Shown piece after piece: positions 6,387-9,988 of a DNA stretch of 9,988 nt. Position numbers and translations under genes: made by a program. Position 1 is the first letter of the stretch; each line of letters starts with the position of its first letter. Source of the DNA: Octopus sinensis. Its lineage: Eukaryota. A model generated the notes under the pieces. It was not told the DNA's origin and did not search any database. It saw nothing but the letters and a program-made list of their open reading frames with translations. The DNA is taken from NCBI RefSeq assembly GCF_006345805.1, contig NW_021827647.1, forward strand, positions 1 to 9,988, in the 5' to 3' direction.

Positions 6387-6735
6387 ATAACACGGTACGC
6401 TCAATTGTGAACCGTGCTACGTTTATGATGGATTGGTCTCTGATAACACGGATCGGTGATCAACCGTATATTCTGCTACTACACTGACCTCTAATACAAC
6501 AATCCTCGTTCATATCTGATTCATTCATCATGGAACGGAGATAACACGGTATACTGAATTGTGAACCGTGTTATGTTTATCACCGATTGGTTTTTGATAA
6601 CACAGAACGGTGACCAACCGTGTATTCTGCTAATACAATGATTTCTAATACACCCATCCTCGTTTATATTTGATTCATTCATCACGGATTGATCTGTGAT
6701 AACACGGGTCGGCTTTGACCATCTAAGATTCTGCT
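6387..6735. repeat. Compound tandem repeat (A-B-A-B-B', period about 154-158 bp) with internal palindromes
   Basis: ataacac(g/a)g occurs at 6387, 6443, 6541, 6597 and 6699. 6387-6526 versus 6541-6680 gives 118/140 identities ungapped (hand count). Confidence 0.92.
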
Positions 6736-7032
6736 TGGACCACAAAAGCACGCCTTAGTTATCATCCACAATTTTCAACTACCTAGAGTACACTAGTTAT
6801 CAATTGTAGTTACATTACCGTGTTGCGAGGCAGCGAGGCAGCGTATTTTTAATACAAGTCTAGACACACGTACCCGTCAACATGTCTATTTTACTGGTAT
6901 CATTTATCGCTGATTCATTTAACTCGTTGATTTTTGTTTTTCAAAAAACATCCATGATAAAAGAAGATCGACATGCTACCAGCTAGCTTATCGATGGCTT
7001 GTTTGCTCACATCCATGGCTGGTATTTTTTTT

Positions 7033-7329
7033 GTTTCTCTAGGCTGCAATTTCGATCAAAAGGGATCGTGAAAAAAAAAATAGGAGGAGAAGCCGATCAA
7101 TAGGGACCGTGCATCACAGAAATGTCACAGTGTCAAATGGGAAACTGATTAGTTTTATCCGTGGAAAGAAAAGCCTACGTAAAAGACCACTGTAACCTCG
7201 GGCAATAATATTCATGCAAAAAACACATTACAGTAAGTTTTCCTTTCTTTTTCTGGTTCATAGGATTATACTCGAGGTGGCTCCGTCATTTCCACGTGTC
7301 ATCCTTGCTACATTCACGCATCTTTTTTT

Positions 7330-7332
<3 letters not shown>
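7033..7332 (-). mobile_element. Probable LINE 3' fragment: ORF2 C-terminal remnant (7332-7258, FKKRCVNVARMTRGNDGATSSIIL*) plus 3' UTR
   Basis: It shares the paired gatcaa(a/t)agggatcgt motifs and the gtttct/ggctgca end remnants with 7534-7748. The peptide resembles the F-x-x-R-W end of L1/Tx1-type ORF2 with W changed to C (recall, unverified). Confidence 0.5.
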
Positions 7333-7376
<44 letters not shown>

Positions 7377-7404
7377 GGATAGATAGATAGATAGATAGAT
7401 AGAC

Positions 7405-7487
<83 letters not shown>

Positions 7488-7533
7488 AAGACAGACAGAC
7501 AGATAGACAGACATACAGATAGATAGATAGATA
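7333..7533. repeat. (AGAT)n/(AGAC)n microsatellite, probably the tail or target of the adjacent retroelement
   Basis: Read directly. On the minus strand it follows aataaagaaacat immediately. Confidence 0.97.
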
Positions 7534-7748
7534 TGTTTCTTTATTAGCCACACAGGGCTGCACACAGACAGAACAAATTACAAGGTAGAGCTTTTCTTTT
7601 GGGGGTAAAAAATGGGGGTTGGTTTTCGATCAAAATGATCGTAAAAGGAAAGAAAGAGGACAAAGAAAGGGGAGGATTTAAAAAAAGGGGGGGGAGGAAA
7701 AATAAAGACAAGGGGAGAGGAAAAAAGTTGATCAATAGGGATCGTAAT
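7534..7748 (-). mobile_element. Probable 5'-truncated LINE 3' UTR end with AATAAA and (TATC)n tail
   Basis: The minus strand has a polypyrimidine-rich UTR, AATAAA at 7545-7540 and then the (TATC)n tail. It is homologous to 7051-7110. Confidence 0.55.
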
Positions 7749-7782
7749 CAGATAGATAGATAGATAGATATGTTTCTTCGTT

Positions 7783-8187
7783 CATCTTTTACTTCTCTCA
7801 CAATATTAGACTATGGTCATGCTGAAACACCACCTTGAAGAGTTTAACCGAACAAATTGTCGCCCCAGTGCTTATTTTTTAAGCGTTGTATTAACGGCCT
7901 GTCTTGTCGAACCGTTAAGTTACAAGGACGTAAATAAACCAAAACCGGTTGTCAAGTTGTATTATAAAAAAAGACAAAAACACACAGCCACACATCCACA
8001 CACGCATTACACGCACACGTGCACTATAGGCTTCCGCACAGTCTCCGTCTATCAATTTCACTCACAATGCATTGGTTGGCCAGAGGCGATAGTAGGAGAT
8101 ACTTGCCCAAGGGGGTGCGCAGAGGTTCGAACCCAAAGCTACATAGCTGTAACGCGAACTTCATGTCCACACAGCCACGCCTGCGCC
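7783..8187 (-). mobile_element. Older, diverged full-length SINE family A copy
   Basis: Collinear with the reverse complement of 5948-6340. It has head cacacagccacgcctgcgcc, canonical B box gggttcgaacc (8134-8124), a central CA-rich tract and the 3' motif ggtcatgctg. Confidence 0.92.
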
Positions 8188-8311
8188 TATACATACAAAG
8201 TTACATACATATACATATATATATATATATATACATACATGTACGCATATATGCATGCAAACATATTCTCAAGCAAACATACCCACATATATACATATAC
8301 ATATATATATC

Positions 8312-8347
<36 letters not shown>

Positions 8348-8519
8348 ATATTATATATATGTATGTATGTATGTATACATTGTATACATTATATATATAT
8401 ATGTGTGTGTGTATGTATTTCATGTATGCATATATGTATGTATGTATGTAATGTACGTACCTACATACGTACGTATGTATGTCTGCACGTATAAATGTAT
8501 GTATGTCATAGATCATTCC

Positions 8520-8553
<34 letters not shown>
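8188..8553. repeat. Compound (CATA)/(TA)/(TATG) microsatellite
   Basis: Read directly. Confidence 0.96.
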
Positions 8554-8809
8554 ACCCACATCCTGTACAGCGGCTCCTTTCGGGAAAAAAACGTACGGGA
8601 GGGCAAGAGCAGATAGGAGGAGTTCGATTACTGCGTTTCAGTTTTGTGTTTGATGTTTGACAGCGAAGCTAGGTTAGGCGTGGGTCAAGCCGTTTACTTA
8701 TGTTTAATGGACCGTCGCATAATTGCACTCTCCTTTTTGCCCAACGAACCAGAGAATCATAGTTAATGGACCTTGTTTATGCCGATTATACTTTGGCGGT
8801 CAGTGTATA

Positions 8810-9392
8810 TCCATCTATCTGTCTGCTTGCCTGTCTGTTTGTCAGTCTATCTATCTATCCATCATTCTATCTATTTCTCTTAATATATATGTGTGTGTGT
8901 GTGTGTACATACTTTTATACATCAGCATTCACTCACACACTATATATATGTATATGTGTGTATGCATGTACATACATGCGTAAACCCAAATACACACACA
9001 CATATATATATATATACATATTTGTGTATATATATATAAACATATACATATATATATATAATATATATATTATATATTATATACACATTCATATATACAT
9101 ATACGCATACATATATACACATACATTTATCTATATGTGTGTGTGTATATCTATAACTTTCTCCTTCCCTACGGACATACATATACACAAACACACAGAC
9201 GCATGCACACACACACCCACATTCATATAAATATTATACATACATACACATGCACACAGCTAGTATATATATATATATGTGTGTGTGTGTGTATGTATAT
9301 GTATATGATATATATATATGTATGTATATATATTATATAGATATATATATTATATATATATATATATATATATTATAATATATATATATAAA
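8810..9392. repeat. Compound (TATC/TGTC)-(TG)/(CA)/(TA) microsatellite field
   Basis: Read directly. It produces the Y/I/V/C/H/T-rich spurious ORFs. Confidence 0.96.
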
Positions 9393-9792
9393 TACCACGC
9401 CACATTGCCGGCATCCATTGATCCCAGATAGGGTTAGGAATCAAATATCTGGTGTCTCTATGTCTACTCAACGCATATCACATTAGAGATTTCTGATTGG
9501 ATATATTAGCAGTAACATGTGATCAACAATCGGATATGGAAGCATATGAGGAAATTAAATCGTCTTTGATCACTGATCAATCAATCAATCAATCAAATCA
9601 CTCAGTGGTGTTTTTAGTTAGTGATCAGATAATGAGCCAAGTAACTGATGTCTCTAACATAATATATAACACGTTGCCTGATATTACCCATAATGCAGTT
9701 GAGCCTATTTGGATGCTCTTTGACCTGTGATCACGTGGTGCTAATTATTTGATATTTTTCACACGTCTTTAACGTCTCATCCGAGAAATCTG

Positions 9793-9988
9793 TTTTCTTT
9801 TCATCTTTTATCTTTGCTCTTTTCATCCATTGGGCTGCGGTCATGCTGGGGCAATTGTCTTAAGTGGTTTTAAATCAAAGAAATCGACTTAAGTTCTTAT
9901 TATTTAAGTATAGTAATTATTCCATCGGTTCTTTTTTTTTTTGTCAAATCGCTAGGTTACATGAACGTAGACAAACCAACACCGGCTT
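9793..9988 (-). mobile_element. Diverged 3' half of SINE family A, cut by the window edge
   Basis: ctgcggtcatgctggggca, aaatcgac, tgtcaaatcgctaggttac and aaaccaacaccgg match the reverse complement of the 3' half of 5948-6340. Confidence 0.88.

Noticed and set aside
6387-6735. Repeated ataacacgg palindromes as a CRISPR array or integron attC sites
   Set aside because: The intervening sequences are themselves repeated rather than unique spacers, the context is eukaryotic, and there are no cas or intI genes.
6825-6843. gcgaggca tandem duplication (2.4 copies)
   Set aside because: Too short to interpret and consistent with ordinary slippage.
9424-9730. ORF 9497-9730 and upstream frame with faint likeness to a hAT/Buster transposase motif (DME..EEIK..SLITDQSINQSN versus SLxLDESTDxSN)
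   Set aside because: The matching part comes largely from a (CAAT)n microsatellite, the spacing to the upstream motif is wrong, frameshifts and stops intervene, and it starts at TTG. A tBLASTx search would settle it.

Overview
Non-coding, AT-rich and repeat-saturated animal genomic DNA (intron or intergenic). The mix of tRNA-derived SINEs with internal (TA)n/(TG)n tracts and abundant (ATC)n, (AGAT)n and (CATA)n microsatellites closely resembles octopus (coleoid cephalopod) genomes; this is inferred from recall, not from a database search. No protein-coding gene can be supported, and nearly all listed ORFs are translations of microsatellites or SINEs. The window holds about eight copies or fragments of one bipartite tRNA-SINE family in both orientations, one copy of a second SINE family forming a chimera with the first, and two 3'-end fragments of a probable LINE. 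It also holds a palindrome-rich compound tandem repeat with a ~154-158 bp period (6387-6735). The most interesting signal is two copies of a short microsatellite-flanked repeat (2144-2260, 5194-5368), each carrying a 36-nt minus-strand motif with the topology of a minimal type I hammerhead ribozyme of the Penelope-like/retrozyme kind. The two motifs have identical spacing, one compensatory change in stem II and different core mutations. Weak candidates for regulatory or splicing signals lie at 4711-4757 and 5808-5904.
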